A stretch of DNA of 64,000 nt from Octopus bimaculoides. Lineage: Eukaryota. The stretch spans positions 26,134,710 to 26,198,709 of the forward strand of contig NC_068991.1 of NCBI RefSeq assembly GCF_001194135.2, given 5' to 3'. The translations under genes were made by a program, and so were the position numbers. Numbering within the stretch: position 1 is the first letter of the stretch; the number at the start of each line of letters is the position of its first letter. Shown piece after piece: positions 1-14,174 of the stretch. The notes beneath the pieces were generated by a model. The model worked only from the letters and a program-made list of their open reading frames with translations. It searched no databases and was not told the origin of the DNA.

Positions 1-1323
1 CTATGATTTATAAGTGCAGGCTATATTGTATTACTCATACCCAGCGTTAATTCTAATATTTTCGGTAATCCACAGATGATATTGCAAAGAAGTAATCACA
101 TAAAATATCTTAATTTTATCAGATATCATTTAACAATTTGCAAATTGGAGATTTCTGTTTGAAATTCATAAGTCAATTATATAAATGTTTCAATTTATAT
201 TTCCTGTTTCCATTAGGAAATGAAGTTCTTATGATATAATTGACATGGAGAAAATTATGGCAGTATATGTAATAATGAACTAATAATTAAGGAATATTGG
301 AAGAGTTCGAATGAACGGTAAATTTTGTGATAAAGTTTTATTTTCAGGAATTACCAGATCACGTCTCATCACCTTAATTCTTAGCAATTCACTAACGAAA
401 CATAATGACACTATACCAGCATAACGTACCGGAATTTATTGGAATAATATCTTTGATACTGATGGCTCATACGTACATATTAATACAGGAATATTAATAG
501 TATATAATTATACTATACACTCATTGTTTTCAATAATGATTTGCAGTTAGTCCTTCGTACACACACTACAGGTGAATAATTATATCGTCTTGAATTTTAA
601 TTAACTAACATAGTTGAAGACATGTTCATGTAACATTGACAAGATATAATTTTTCTTGATCTCCATCTCCAACAGCTTCTGCAAAGCAATGAAATGTACC
701 GTTAATAGTGTGTACACTGAAAAGGTTTTATGAAATGCACAAGTAATTGTTTTAAAAACACTCCTGATTGAAGGCTTTGACATTAAATTTTATTTCTGTT
801 TGTTTTAGATTTTATGGTTTAATTGTATTAACCTTTCTGCATGGCTCTTGGAAATGATTAATACCAAACAATATATTAATTCCCAGTGCGTAAAAAAGAG
901 TATACTGTGCCAATCCCACAAAGATCCAGGCTGTGGCGTTGAAGATGACATTTTCATTCTTTGATATTAAATGAAATCGCTTCTTTGTAATGTACATGAA
1001 TAACTTACTGAAAATTCCCTGAAATATATAAACATATATTTGACTCTTGTATATATTCGCAGCAAACGCTATTTTCAGTGCTTTTATTCAGCTCGTTAAA
1101 CATATATTAGAAGTTACACGACAGTAAATTTGTTATTTCATTTAGGGAGTATTCACTCGACTGTTATTTAATTCGTGTCAGTACACATAAAGGAAGCATT
1201 TTGTGATGCTTTATTGGGCTTTGGATAAGAAGATATTTAAAAAAATCGTTGATATCAGAAACATCTCAATACGAATTAAGAATACATACAATGTATAATC
1301 AGTTAAAAATCAAACACCAAATC

Positions 1324-1657
1324 ATGGCACTCAGACGGTTATGACGACGAGAGTTCCAGTTGATTCAACAGTCTACTTGTCAAAGTAACGTGAAAGTGGC
1401 TGAGCTCGCCACTTAGTATTTCTCGGAGAGATTCAGCGTGACACAGAGTGTGAGAAGGCTGGCCCTTTGAAATACAGGTACAACAGAAACAGGAAGAAAG
1501 ACTGAGAGAAAGTTGTGGTGAAGGAATACAGCAGGGTTCGCCACCCCCTACCGGAGCCTCCTGGAGCTTTATGTGTTTTTGCTCAATAAACACTCACAAC
1601 GCCCGGTCTGGGAATCGAAGCGGCGATCCTGTGACCACGATCCATTGCGCCTCCACT
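1324..1657 (-). mobile_element. tRNA-derived SINE (octopus-type family C)
   Basis: The minus strand starts GTGGAGGCGCAATGG with a B-box-like CTTCGATTCC near 1610-1620. A GC-richer body follows and ends GACGGAGTGCC-like (seen here as tggcactcagacgg on +). Confidence 0.75.
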
Positions 1658-2149
1658 AACAACAGATATTCTAAACAATAAAGACAAATATAAGTTGATA
1701 TGAACGGTGGAGTTAGGGCATCTGATATAATGCCCGCGATATTCTACTACAATTCTTACGCCTTCAGTTCAAATATCCCTGAGACCATTTTTGTTGTTGG
1801 TTATTCTGTTATTGAAAAAGACAATGTCCTAGCTAAAGTCAGATATTGAAGCAATATTCCTTGATGTGAAAAGAATTGTAATTATAATTACACAACGCAT
1901 CTAAGTGCCTGTTCTGAAGGGATATCTTCCTTACATAGAAAAACAAATGTTACGAAATATTACGTAGCTGTTGACATAAAAAGGATAACGAAATTTTTAT
2001 GTTTATAGACAAATAATTCTTGGTATTCAGAAAAAGACAAGATAATATAAAACTTAACTATCAATATATAATATGACACTGTCAAGGCTGTATCATAGAC
2101 AGGCTTTCTTCGTAAAACTGTGTTTTGGGTTACACTACCACCACTACCG

Positions 2150-2440
2150 CCATCCGAATTTGTGAGTGTCTTCCACAATAGACACAGATTCACCGACCAA
2201 TGGTGAATACAGTTTCGTCGACAAAAACTGATCGCAAGTACATCAAATGGTTGTTACATTTCCTGAGTGGTAGACATAAACTGTCACCTCGTCCGAAGGC
2301 CAACATAAGGGCTGATAGCATTGTGCAGACATTGGCAAGAATTTTGGCAGAACTTTTGCTTGAGGATAATCGTCTCTTTTGTTACCACCAGTTTGGAATG
2401 CGATAAAAAGCCTCAATGCTACACAGCTACCTCTCACTAA
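2150..2440 (+). mobile_element. Degenerate CR1/L2-like LINE RT fragment
   Basis: ORF 2200-2406 contains VQTLARILAELLLEDNRLFCYHQFGMR, which resembles the CKILERII...L...N.L...Q.GFR motif at the start of the LINE RT. Confidence 0.4.
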
Positions 2441-2734
2441 GTTCCAAGAGAAAATATCTACTGCCTATTTACAGATGGTTGAGAAACAGAACTGAACATA
2501 AACAAAACATAACAACCCTTACAAAATACAAGTAGTAATATTTCTATTACATCATCAACAGGGAAATGCATAGAATAATTATACAGTCTCACAAGATCAT
2601 ATGATTTGCGATAAAACATCAAGATGTAGCTTCAAATGATATAAGATGCCAAAAAATCAACTGTTTGCAAGCTGTAGACATTAGAACATAGGGAAATCCT
2701 TTCCAACCGGTTTAGTGAGTAGCAATAAAATCAA

Positions 2735-2790
<56 letters not shown>
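2735..2790. repeat. (TATC)n microsatellite
   Basis: Direct reading of the sequence. Confidence 0.98.
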
Positions 2791-2816
2791 CAATCTAATA
2801 TAATATCCGTCTGTCT

Positions 2817-2819
2817 ATG

Positions 2820-2896
<77 letters not shown>

Positions 2897-2898
2897 CA

Positions 2899-2942
<44 letters not shown>

Positions 2943-2945
2943 ATG
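2817..2945. repeat. Compound (TAA)n-(CTA)n microsatellite
   Basis: Direct reading. It explains the poly-I/poly-L ORFs at 2815-3020. Confidence 0.98.
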
Positions 2946-4519
2946 ATAATAATAAATTCTCTAGAACAACACTATGTACAAATCCAAATAAATGGTACCC
3001 TAGGCATAACACCTACATGAACTTCTAACTTGTTGTCTCTTGAGGTCTCTGGGTGAGACTTGAATCCAACTTGTACAAATGCAAAACAAAAGTCAAACAT
3101 AAAATAATAATAATAATATTGATAATAAATAATATATATAGAGGTTGGACAAAATAATGGAAAAACCTAGCATCAAAGCATCATAATTTTGAAATATCTA
3201 TAAAAACGTTAAAAGCTTATTTATTTTTATGTTTTTATTTATTTATCATTAGTGTTACTTAATATGTTTTGCTAAAATTGCAGTTTATTTTTAGATATCA
3301 GGCGTTTAAAATCTTCGGAGCAAAATCATTTACAGTGATTCTGCTAGCATTTCAGTTGGCAGAATGGATTCACCAAAATAGTATATATTTGACCATAACA
3401 GAGAAAATTAAAGATTAGAAGAGTTTTTAGGAGGGGGAAGAAATAATTGACTCCATGACTATTTATCTTTATTTATAACTAGAGAGGAAGGCGCGGTTCC
3501 ATTAGTCTAAGTTTATCTATTGGTCAGCTGGAAGGAAATCATTTTTGTGTGAAGTCAACCTACTAAATTATCGTGGTCGTTTGTGAGGGGACCAACATGC
3601 ATGCTTTATTTCTACAAGTCGAGAAGTCAGAGGCAGTAACAAGGAAGTAAGGGATAGGGGAGGGAGGATAAGGAGAAAAAAGAAAGCTGACCAACAGTTA
3701 CTAATTGCCATAATATTAATAAAGGGAGACTTTGAAGGGTAATGGAATTAGTTATGGGGGCAAAGCTCTAAACTATGTTTGGGTACCATTGCATGGGAAT
3801 AAAACGAATCTACTACAACTACTATAGCAACAAGGGCAATTAAAAATTAAATATAGGCAAATAATTAATAGGTACTTAAAATTATAAGAAAGAGAGATGT
3901 TTTGAGACATAAAAAGTTTTTGAGGAAATTTAAATTTTAAAGAAATATTGAGTATATATCAGAGTACAAATGAAGTTGTATGAAATTTATAAAAGAGACA
4001 CCAATAAAATAAAAGTAATAAGCTTTTTTAACATACGCACCAATTAAGGGAGGCTAACGATAAGTCATATCAAATATTAAGTATTAAATATAACATAAAT
4101 AAATAAAAACCATTTAAAATATATAAAGATGTAAAAAAAATATAAGGTATATAAAAATACGTAAAAGGTAAAAATATATAAAAATCATAACAGTATATTA
4201 GAATTATTAAAAACGTATTAATGAAAATAAAAAAAATAAACAAACAATAACAATAAGATCATAATAAAAATGAAAAACAAAAATAAAAGGATTTTATATT
4301 ATACACAAAGAAAATACAAAAATAAAAGAATAAAGAACTTTTGATGTTATATGTTAGAAGTCGGAAAGAGTGATGTTAATAATAACCGTAGATAAAAATA
4401 TAGTAAAACAACTTTTTGTGCGAAAAATTAATATAAAAAAATAAAAAAATATATAATCTTATATCAACAATATATGAAAGTTACTAATCTTGAAAGGGAT
4501 AGATATATATTATAGTATT

Positions 4520-4680
4520 GTTTTCTACTCTAGGCACAAGGCCCGAAATTTTTGGGGGAGGAGGCCAGTCGATTAGATCGACCTCAGTACACAACCGGTA
4601 CTTAATGTATCGATCCCAAAACGATGAAAGGCAAAGTCGACCTCGGCGGAATTTGAAATCACAACGTAAAGACAGACGAA
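4520..4680 (-). mobile_element. tRNA-derived SINE (family B), 5'-truncated
   Basis: The reverse complement aligns with the copy at 19861-20075 (AAATTCCGCCGAGGTCGACTTTGCCTTTCATC ... GGTCGATCTAATCGACT ... GGGCCTTGTG.CTAGAGTAGAAAA). Confidence 0.9.
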
Positions 4681-5090
4681 ATATATATATTATAATATTG
4701 TATCGGGAGGATACAGTACTGGGTGATTTATGTATAAATAAATGATTGTCTCCTAATTTAAGTCTACGAATAATTATTTTGTAAATTATAAATGGACAAC
4801 TCTCGAAAGAAGACTATAAGTAGGATACATTAAATAAAGGACATTAAACATATTTAATAAAATGTACATGTCTGAATATCTTAAGAGCTGATATCACCTA
4901 TCAGCAAGTTTAATTATCTACATATACTGCAAGAATATTTTTTGGCCGGTACTTAGGTACTAAGTTTTATACTTACATAACATTGTTGTGTGTGTATATT
5001 ATTCCCACCAAAAGAAGTGCCTCAATTTAAGTACCTAATTCAACTGAGTCTTATATATACATATATATATATATAAAGGGTATATATTAC

Positions 5091-5467
5091 GCGCAAGTGT
5101 AGTTGTGTGGTAAGAAGATTGCTTTCCAACCACACGGTTCCAGCTTTGATCTCACTGCGTGGCAACTTAGACAAGTGTCTTCTGCTACAGCCTCATAGCC
5201 TCGGGCTGACCAAAGCCTTGTGAGTGGAATTGTTAGACGAAAATTCGAAGAAGCCTGTCGTATATATGTGTGTGTGTGTGTATGTATTTGTCCTCTGATG
5301 ACCGGTGTTAGTGTGTTTACATCTCTGTAACTTAGCCGTTCGGCGAAAGCGACCGATAGAATAAGTACTAGGCTTAATTAATAAGTCCTGTGGTTGATTT
5401 GCTCGACTGAAACCCATGTAGGCGGTGCTCCAGTATGGCCGCAGTCACATGACTGAAACAAGTAAAA
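5091..5467 (+). mobile_element. tRNA-derived SINE (family A, with internal TA/TG microsatellite)
   Basis: Homologous to the copies at 22524-22937, 24846-25206 and 49561-49848 (GACCAAAGCCTTGTGAGTGGA, CCGATAGAATAAGTACTAGGCTT, GGTGCTCCAG.ATGGCCGCAGTCA.ATGACTGAAACAAGTAAAA). Confidence 0.9.
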
Positions 5468-5863
5468 TTTAAAAAAACATGTATATATATGTATNNNNNN
5501 NNNNNNNNNNNNNNNNNNNNNNNNNNNNNNNNNNNNNNNNNNNNNNNNNNNNNNNNNNNNNNNNNNNNNNNNNNNNNNNNNNNNNNNNNNNNNNNNNNNN
5601 NNNNNNNNNNNNNNNNNNNNNNNNNNNNNNNNNNNNNNNNNNNNNNNNNNNNNNNNNNNNNNNNNNNNNNNNNNNNNNNNNNNNNNNNNNNNNNNNNNNN
5701 NNNNNNNNNNNNNNNNNNNNNNNNNNNNNNNNNNNNNNNNNNNNNNNNNNNNNNNNNNNNNNNNNNNNNNNNNNNNNNNNNNNNNNNNNNNNNNNNNNNN
5801 NNNNNNNNNNNNNNNNNNNNNNNNNNNNNNNNNNNNNNNNNNNNNNNNNNNNNNNNNNNNNNN

Positions 5864-6685
5864 CAATCACATTGACCTTACAGTATATATCAAGGAAACA
5901 AAGACCCTTGTACAGGCAGCCCTAAATACCATCTAACCAGATTTTGATGTTACGCTCTCGAATAGACCTCTCGAAATAGTAGAGTATTTTCCATATTTAG
6001 ACAACCTTTTATCTAAAGAGTGCACCCCAGGAAAGGACGCTGGAACATAGAATTGAAGCTGCAGTGGAAGAATTTCGAAAGGTAACCAAATGAGCCTTCA
6101 ACAGCAAAGACCGTAACTCATCAATGTAAATTATGGTTTATAAGGCTATTGACATTTAAACCTTGCTATGCGGATGTGAAACCTGCACGCAAAATAGTCG
6201 CGACATTCAAAATTTAGAGCGTTTTCATCAACAAAGGCTTCGCTGAAATATTGAGCATCAAATTGCAAGACAATGTGATCAACAATAACGTCCTGGAGAG
6301 AGGTAGCAGTCAAGGTATCGAATCGCTGACCATGAAACACCATCTTCGAGGGCCAAGACATGCAGTCAAGTTTTCCACGCCAAGTTTTATTCAGTGAGCT
6401 TATGTGAGGAAAATGACCATTTGGTTACCGTCTTCGAAGATACAAGGACCAACGCAAAGCAAAATTGAAAGCCACTGGAATTGAGCCTAAATCTTTTGAA
6501 ACACAAGCCCAAGACCGAACCAAGTGGAGGTATTCCATCACCATTTGAACCAAAAACGTCGAAGAAATCAAATGACAGGAGGGAAAATCAACAACGCCCT
6601 CCGCCAGTACTATGCACTCAATTACAGTGATATTTCTATGCAAGAATTGGTCTACAGATTCATCAATGCTATCACCATTAAAGGA
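5864..6685 (+). mobile_element. RTE-clade (BovB-like) LINE, 3' part, frameshifted
   Basis: Conceptual translation across frameshifts gives LEIVEYFPYL, LERFHQQRLR, RLRRYKDQRKAKLKATGIEPKSFETQAQDRTKWR and a terminal CTQ...ARIGLQIHQ..H zinc-finger-like motif. These match the RTE/BovB ORF2 C-terminus. Confidence 0.8.
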
Positions 6686-7424
6686 AGCTTTCAGCAAAGA
6701 AGAAAATAAATAGTAGATATAACCGATGACAAAAACAGCATATCGGCAACGCTCATGAAATATAGATGAATGTTAGATACAATGAAGTCTTAGATTAGAA
6801 ACGTCAGTACGATAATTTTAATTCTTTTTCCAACTGGCAATTAATAGTAAAAAGAAATTATTGACTTTGTGATAAGCCATAATGAAAGATTTTGAAATAG
6901 AGTTATAAACTTCAATTTATATTGAAATTACAAATAAGAGCTTTGATATGATATTAATACATTAAGAATGAAAATATTTTGCAGCATAACTTGAAATAAA
7001 TTTGATGTACCTTCGAGGACAGATTATGAAGTCTGCTAATCGGAAAAGATCGTTAGTTTCACTTCAATTTGCAGCAAGAGTTATATAAAAAATGCTAGGG
7101 ATTAATGTGGACTAGTTAAGATTTCGATATTACTAATGAATTATAATCGACATTAATATCTTTTTAGCATTCTATCTACAACTTTCCAAATTCAAAAACA
7201 ACAAATAGAAACGATAAAAATCGCAACAGAAAATAGAGGATTGCCCAAAGATTTGGTGTTTTTAAAAGATAATTTGATGAATAATAAGATTATGTGTAAT
7301 ATCGTCGTACATAGTTTGGCACCGTGAAGTCGATATATCATTATATTCTCGCTAAATGGTAATTTAGCGCGGTGGACAAATAACGTTCTTCAATTTACAC
7401 ACGCGCAGACATACACACATAAGA

Positions 7425-7461
7425 CGCAAACACACACATACACACACATATGTATAAACAA

Positions 7462-7504
<43 letters not shown>

Positions 7505-7610
7505 NNNNNNNNNNNNNNNNNNNNNNNNNNNNNNNNNNNNNNNNNNNNNNNNNNNNTATGTATATATATATATGTATATATATATATGTATATATATATA
7601 TACACGCACA
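7425..7610. repeat. (CA)n/(TA)n microsatellite spanning an assembly gap
   Basis: Direct reading. Confidence 0.95.
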
Positions 7611-8057
7611 TACAAATATCAGCTATTTCGTTATCATTTTATGCAAAGCGTGCATTAAAATCTAATAAGGATGATTTTCAATCATTATTGACTATTGTTA
7701 TTAGAGATATTAATATTATTGTTGCTCTTGGTTTAATCAGGAAATGAGAAGAAGAAATTTACCAATCAAACTCTCTGGAGAAGGTGCGTACATTTCCACC
7801 GTCTTTATTGACAGGAATACTAATGACAGAAAAGTATAAATATTTGACAGTAGCCAAAAAACAAATTTCATCGTCATCATAGACAAAGCAAATTCATCGA
7901 ACAAGTAACCACGCACAGATACAACATACATACACATGTGCATGTATATACATAACTATACAAAATACCATTATATGTGTGTATGTGCGTTTGTGTGTAT
8001 ATATGTATTTGTGGTTGTGTAACTAAGTATGAGTGCACATACACATACACAAAGAAG

Positions 8058-8186
<129 letters not shown>

Positions 8187-8189
8187 CTG

Positions 8190-11030
8190 GTGGGATCCTT
8201 TAATCTAACGAGGCCATTACTCTCTATCAGTCTACCTTCGGTCTTGTCTGTATAACATCCCCAACCGTGGCAGAAAACTCATACAGGGAAGTGATGTTCC
8301 CGTGTGTGGCGATTGCTACACCCACGAGCCAGCTTGCAAGTTTTGTACTGGTGGAAATTTTGTGAGAAGCAAAGAACGGATTTCCCATCCTTCTTAAAAT
8401 ATCTGTTAAGATCCATGATCCAAAGAGAACAATCACTTGCAATATATTCTTATTTGTCGAGGGATCTTTTATACAAAGGTGTGTTCGACCAATGCTTTTC
8501 TACAGGAAATCATCTAGCTGATGTTTCTTCCTGTTATGTACATGAGCGAGCTAGTAAAGGCATTGGTGTTGGAGAAGACAGACGGAAATGAGGAAAACAT
8601 TTAGCATAAACACGTTTTTCTAGTGGCGGGTTCCTGTGAATATCCGTCATTAGCTAACCAATTTTTAGAGCTGTGATATTGACAATACTCTTTGTGCCAG
8701 TTGCGCTTCTAATCGTCTATCAGAAAGCCCTTGTTGGTGACTCGGACAGTTTCCATGATGTTCGAATGTACCTCGGATGGGCTTGTGTAAAGCGTTAATA
8801 AATCAGACGTAACTAGAATAGAAGTCCCGAATCTCGTTAGTGCGAAGCTGTGTACTAAGGGCGTAGGATTTATAGACTACCGACTGTTTTCATAATGCTT
8901 TAGTTTGAATCTCTTACTGGAGATGCTTTACCAAACTCACGTGCTGTAATGCTGCATTTCTAACACATCTGTTAAATTAAACAAGATGGTGAGCCTGCCC
9001 TAGATGAGGAAGAAAAGCTATGTGAACTATTAGGTTAGTACGATCTTATAAGTCTAAACTGTAATAATTGTGGGGGCGCCTCGCTTTGGTCCAACACCTT
9101 GGTTTACTTCAAGTTGGTTTTGAAGTCATACTAGACTCTTGAAAAGCTACCTATATTGTGTTGCGATTGCTCCACTGTGATATTACCGATGCAGCTTTGT
9201 ATACAAATCTATTCCTAATGATCAGTTCACACTTTGGATTTCGCCTTCAGTCGCTACAAAACTGTTAACCTTTCCACCGACCTATTATGTAAGTAGGCAC
9301 TATGAATGGATGTTACCAAGGCTCGAATCTGCAACACTGCCAAAAATGATACCAAAGATTTATTGAAAGGAAGTATGTTGTTGATTGCATTGAACTACAC
9401 ATAGGTATTATCTCAATCTTTTTTGCAGCAATTTCAGGTGTTCACCAACGAATACATATTCCTCTCTTTATTTACTTATACGATGTAACAATGTCGAACA
9501 TGTGACAATGTCGTCATATCATGCGGCATTGATCACCAATGATTTTTAAGGGAATGCTATTTAATATCTTCTCAATGAATAACATTTCCATGGTTTTATA
9601 TATACTTGGCGTGCCCAACACCGAACGCGTTACCACGATTTTCGTCATCTTTACTAGATTCCAGTGTTGAGAGGCAGGCATTCAGCTGAAGTGTCTGGCT
9701 CAGGATCAGACCAATGGATTCTGAGAATCTTTTGCACACTCCAAAAAATGTTGCCTCTCCCAATTAATGATTGGAATCTAGAAAATTTCAAACGTCATTT
9801 CTACCGTACATTCTAATGGTTACTTTTAACTAGCCTCAAGATTTTAGCTTAAGATCTGCTTTCGATATTTCGATATTTCTGCAAGAATATATTCCTCAAG
9901 TGATTTGAAGTATTCCAACTCTTTGTCTTGATGCTGTGATACATTGCTGTCAGTGTTCTATTTGGATATATTACAAAAGAAAATCATACTAAAACAATTT
10001 GTTAGTATCGATAACTAACAGTCATTATTCTTGAAATAAAGGTTTTGATCAGTGTATTCGTACAGAGACTGTTAGAATTTGTCATGAAATACAAATACAA
10101 ATCAATACAGAATGTTGAGCTTCCTGTAATTTAGAATTCAGTGAGATGTTCTGTGAATTCATTCAGTGATATAAGAACGATGTAAATGTTAATGTCATCT
10201 GGCTAGATTTTAGTTAGTGTGTACAGCTCGATTTAAAATTCAAAATGCTGTTCTTCTAAGTTCTTAACGTGCTCAGGTATATGCTGGGACGAGTATTTTG
10301 GAATGTGACTCGAAGCGTATTCGTATAGTACGAAATGATAGTCCCTGGTGATAAAGTTCTTCATATAGCGTCTTTTGTCACCAATCCTCTGTGACAGGAG
10401 AACGAACATTCGGACTATGTATGCTACAGAATATATGGAAAAAATTATCGTTTAGGAAGGGAGATACGTTACCATCACTGTGCCTACTTTGAGCTGTTCT
10501 GGTTATTTCGGTGCGTTGTTAATAGTCTCATTCTTGGGATGGAATATACTGTGCACTGCCAATATATTCTTTGTCTTTGTATCCGTACTAATCTTTCTTT
10601 TGCCAGTTTATGATTCCTGCCACATACCAAAGTGATGCTATCGTCCATGTATCTACTGACTGGAATTTATTCCACCTAGTCAGTTTTGAGCGCAACACCA
10701 ATCTTAGAATTCGGAAACATTCTTTCCTCGGCTGTTTTTTTTTCATTCCCCCCTCCATGATTTCATTGAACTCTAGTATGTAAAGGTATTTATAGCCTTC
10801 CTTCTCTATTAGGTAATTCTATCCTTGCCAGGGACTGTACCTTGCCTCATTTCAGGTTCATTACACCACGCTTCATGTGTCCGAATTCCATCATAATTTT
10901 AGCACTAAAACAGTGGAACGCGTTCACCAAAGAACTTACTTGTTCCTGATCATTGCCATACAGCTTCAATGCCCGATCCTTGCCATAGAGCTTCAGTGCC
11001 TCAAACTTCCTACACAGCTTCAATTAGTGG
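8190..11030 (-). mobile_element. Highly degenerate LINE, probably RTE clade (endonuclease + RT)
   Basis: A GC-richer 2.8 kb block. Scattered minus-strand remnants lie in the expected order: LVPAYT (AYAPT-like), AVLQ (GVLQG-like) and VRVTNK (DRVTN-like). Many stops and frameshifts. Confidence 0.45.
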
Positions 11031-11045
11031 AAATAGATGAGTTCA

Positions 11046-11083
11046 TTATTGTTATTATGATTATTGTTGTTGTTGTTGTTGTT
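11046..11083 (-). repeat. (CAA/TAA)n tail of the adjacent R4/Dong LINE
   Basis: The tract TTATTGTTATTATGATTATTGTTGTTGTTGTTGTTGTT directly abuts the LINE 3' UTR. Confidence 0.8.
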
Positions 11084-14000
11084 CTGAAATTCTCTCGGAT
11101 AGTTGTTAATTACCGGTTATTCTTTACTTGAAAGCAGGCAATATCAAATCACCAAAGGTTTCAAGTAGTACCTTCTCCTTTGACTCAAAGAGACAGTATA
11201 TTCTCCTTAGAATGCAAGCTGCACCCAACAATGCTGTTGTCTCCTGGATCATTTCGAGCCCTACAATAGATCCAGTATTCTTAATATGTTTTCCAAAGTC
11301 CTTGAAAACTGCTCCTAATGCTCCAGTTACCACCGGTATCACCATTTCTTTTCTCATACCTTATAAATGTTCTGCCTCATCTTGCAATGGCTGGTATTTT
11401 TCACTCTTTTTCGTTTTCTTACATTTCACCCTCGAATCAGCTGGCATTGCAAAATCTATTATCTTTACTTCTTTTTCACCTTTATGGATGAGCACGATAT
11501 CTGGTCGTCTCGACTCTATGACTCGGTCGCACTGCATGTTAAAATTCCAGAGTATTTTGTAATCTTGGTTTTCCATTACTCCTTTTGGTTTGGGTTCATA
11601 CCATTGTTCGGCTCTCTCGAGGGTTTTTTTAACGCACAACAGTGGATATATCTGGCCACATTGTCGTGTATCCTTTTGTATTCGCGTTGTGTGAGCTTAC
11701 AGCAGTCACGAAGAATATGGCTTATACTTTCTCCCTTCTCAGAGCACATCCTACGATGTGGCGAGTTAGTGTTTTTATCAATGTGATATTTGGAGTAGTT
11801 TGCTCTGAGAGCCTGTTCTTGAGCGCTGCAGACTAATGCCTCATTGGACCCTTTTAAGTCTCCTTTCTGCAGCCATTGCTAGGTTCTATTCCAATCAATC
11901 TCATCTTTATTCTTCAATAACTGACTGTGCATTTTCGTGTCCTGGTAAATTTTCTTCGTCTGTTCTCTCTGGTCTTTCTTAAACTGTGTTGGATCTACGG
12001 CTTCATTCACTTTTAAGGTTCCCTGCATTTCCACTGCTTCAATCATTTCTTCTTTACCCCTCTCCTTTTGCATACCAAACCAGGTTATTCTCCTCTTTTC
12101 TTACACAACCTTCACAACACACCAATCCTTGTCTTCCTTTCCTCTTTACATACAATTTTACACATCACACTTCGGGTGTAATTTCTTGTTCATTGTCATA
12201 AATTTACGTGTGCTCCAGTCTATCTCTTGTAATTCGTGTTTCTTCCAAGATGCTATTCCTGCCCCATATCTCAACAAAGCAACCGCCCACGTATTAATTG
12301 CTCTAATGTTATAGCGGCCATTTAGCTTCGATTGGAACACAAGCCGAGTTCTCCTCAAGTACTCTTTCCTGTACATTTTTCATCTTCTGCTCATTCATCT
12401 TATCTCTTTCAATGATACCCAGGTACCTATATCCTTCCTCTCCGACTTCCTTTATAATTTCACCACTTTCCAGCTTGATCCCATGGCTTTTACTGATTTC
12501 TCCCCTTTTGAGAATCATTACACCACATTTCTCGATCCCAAATTCCATGCCAAGATCTTTGCTAATTATTTGCAGAGTTACCGTCAAACACTCAATTTGT
12601 TTCTCAGTTGTAGCGAATAACTTTAGGTCATCCATAAACCACAGGTTTTTTACTTTCCCCCTGCCTAACATGTATCCCACACGCATCTTTCTTAGAACGA
12701 TCGTTAATGGCGGTATGCAGACAACAAATAGGAGAGGTGACAGACTGTCCCCTTGAAAGTTTTCTCCTTTGATATTTACCTCTCCTAGCTTACCTTGCCT
12801 TGCTGTGAGTTCAGTTCGCCACGTTTTCATTGAGACCTGTATTAACTTCAAGATATTGTGGGATACCTTAAGCAGTTTAAGGCATTCAATAATCCACGAG
12901 TGTGGGAACATGTCATATGCTTTCCTGTAGTTCACCCATGCCATCGCCAAATATTTGTGTCTCTTCTTGCAGCCAGCCAAGATAGTCTTATCGGTTATTA
13001 TTGATCTTTTTTTCCACTGCTCTTACGTCTACACCGGTTTTGTTCCACTAGCAGTAGATCGTTCTCATCTAGGTACTCATAGATACTGTTTGATATGATG
13101 CCCGTCATCAGTTTCCACATCAGTGGCAAACAAGATATTGGTGGGAAATTTCCAACAGCATTCCCTTTACTTGGGTCCTTCTGGCATACTGCCGTTCTTC
13201 CTCTTCTCATCCAGGCCGGTACTTGGATGCGACTACTCAGTTTTCCGTCCATCTGTCTCGCAATTATCCTGTAGAGAATGTGTCAAGTGTTTAATCTAAA
13301 AGCCCTGAAGCCAATCTAGGCCAGGCGCATTCAAGTTAGGAATTTTCTTGCACTGATCTCTAATCATCTCGGTTATTCTCCTCTCTCCTCGTTGAGTCTT
13401 TAACCACTCTGCTTCAGTTCCTTGTTGTTTCTCCTGACACCATATGTTTAACCAGAATCTTTTGCTTTCTTCAGCATCCGCTACGGCTTTTTACCTTTTC
13501 CGTTCCCATCTAGTTCCTGATAGACTCGTTTCTGATGTTGTTCGAAATGTCTTTAATCTGTCCTGCTCAATTCTCTGTTCATGTCTCTTTAGATTATGTG
13601 CTTTAGCATTCAACCTGTTTTAATAACTCAATCATAACATTGACTCCATTTCTCTTCACCCATAGTTCCTCCTCTCTATTTCAACATATTTCTCTCACGA
13701 AACTACATTTCCTTTTTTCCGTTCGAGAATATTAATGTTTTCTGGACTCGTTAACAGACTGCGTTATTCTCCTTTCCAAACATGGTTCGTTCAGGTCATG
13801 TTGACATTTACCTTTAGCTTTCAAACCTAACTTCTGAGCTATAAAGATCGAGATTGCATTTATCAGATTGTTGGTGTCTGTGATGTTGTCAGTCCGGATA
13901 TCACCAGTAGTAATATTATTTATCTTCCTGACCTATTCATTGAATTTCTTTCTGTCTGCTTTTTAAACCCCGTAAGAAAGTTCTGTTCACCAGAGATCCA

Positions 14001-14165
14001 AACATCAATGATTTCATTCAAAATGGATATCTGTTCCTCGGTTCTCTCATCGCTTTCCAGATCGATAATCTCGGCTTGATGCTCGTTTTCTTCTTTTAAC
14101 TCTGCTGCCATAGTTTCACTATCTGCATTCTTTTCCTCATCCTTCTGTTCACCGCTGGTCTTGCT
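11084..14165 (-). mobile_element. R4/Dong-clade non-LTR retrotransposon (RT + restriction-like endonuclease), 5'-truncated, frameshifted
   Basis: ORFs carry WVNYRKAYDMFPHSWI, FQGDSLSPLLF, WFMDDLKLF, GMEFGIEKC, AINTWAVALLRY, LHPKCDV and the RLE motifs RRPDIVL...IIDFAMPAD...KKSEKYQPL and IPVVTGALG. Confidence 0.92.
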
Positions 14166-14174
14166 ATCCGTCTC

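Noticed and set aside
601-997. Open frames with possible splice sites, including an Ig-strand-like NGTFHCFAEAVG and a hydrophobic WIFVGLAQYTLFYALG on the minus strand
   Set aside because: Several alternative frames look equally plausible, one ends in a stop without a good donor, and no consistent exon chain emerges.
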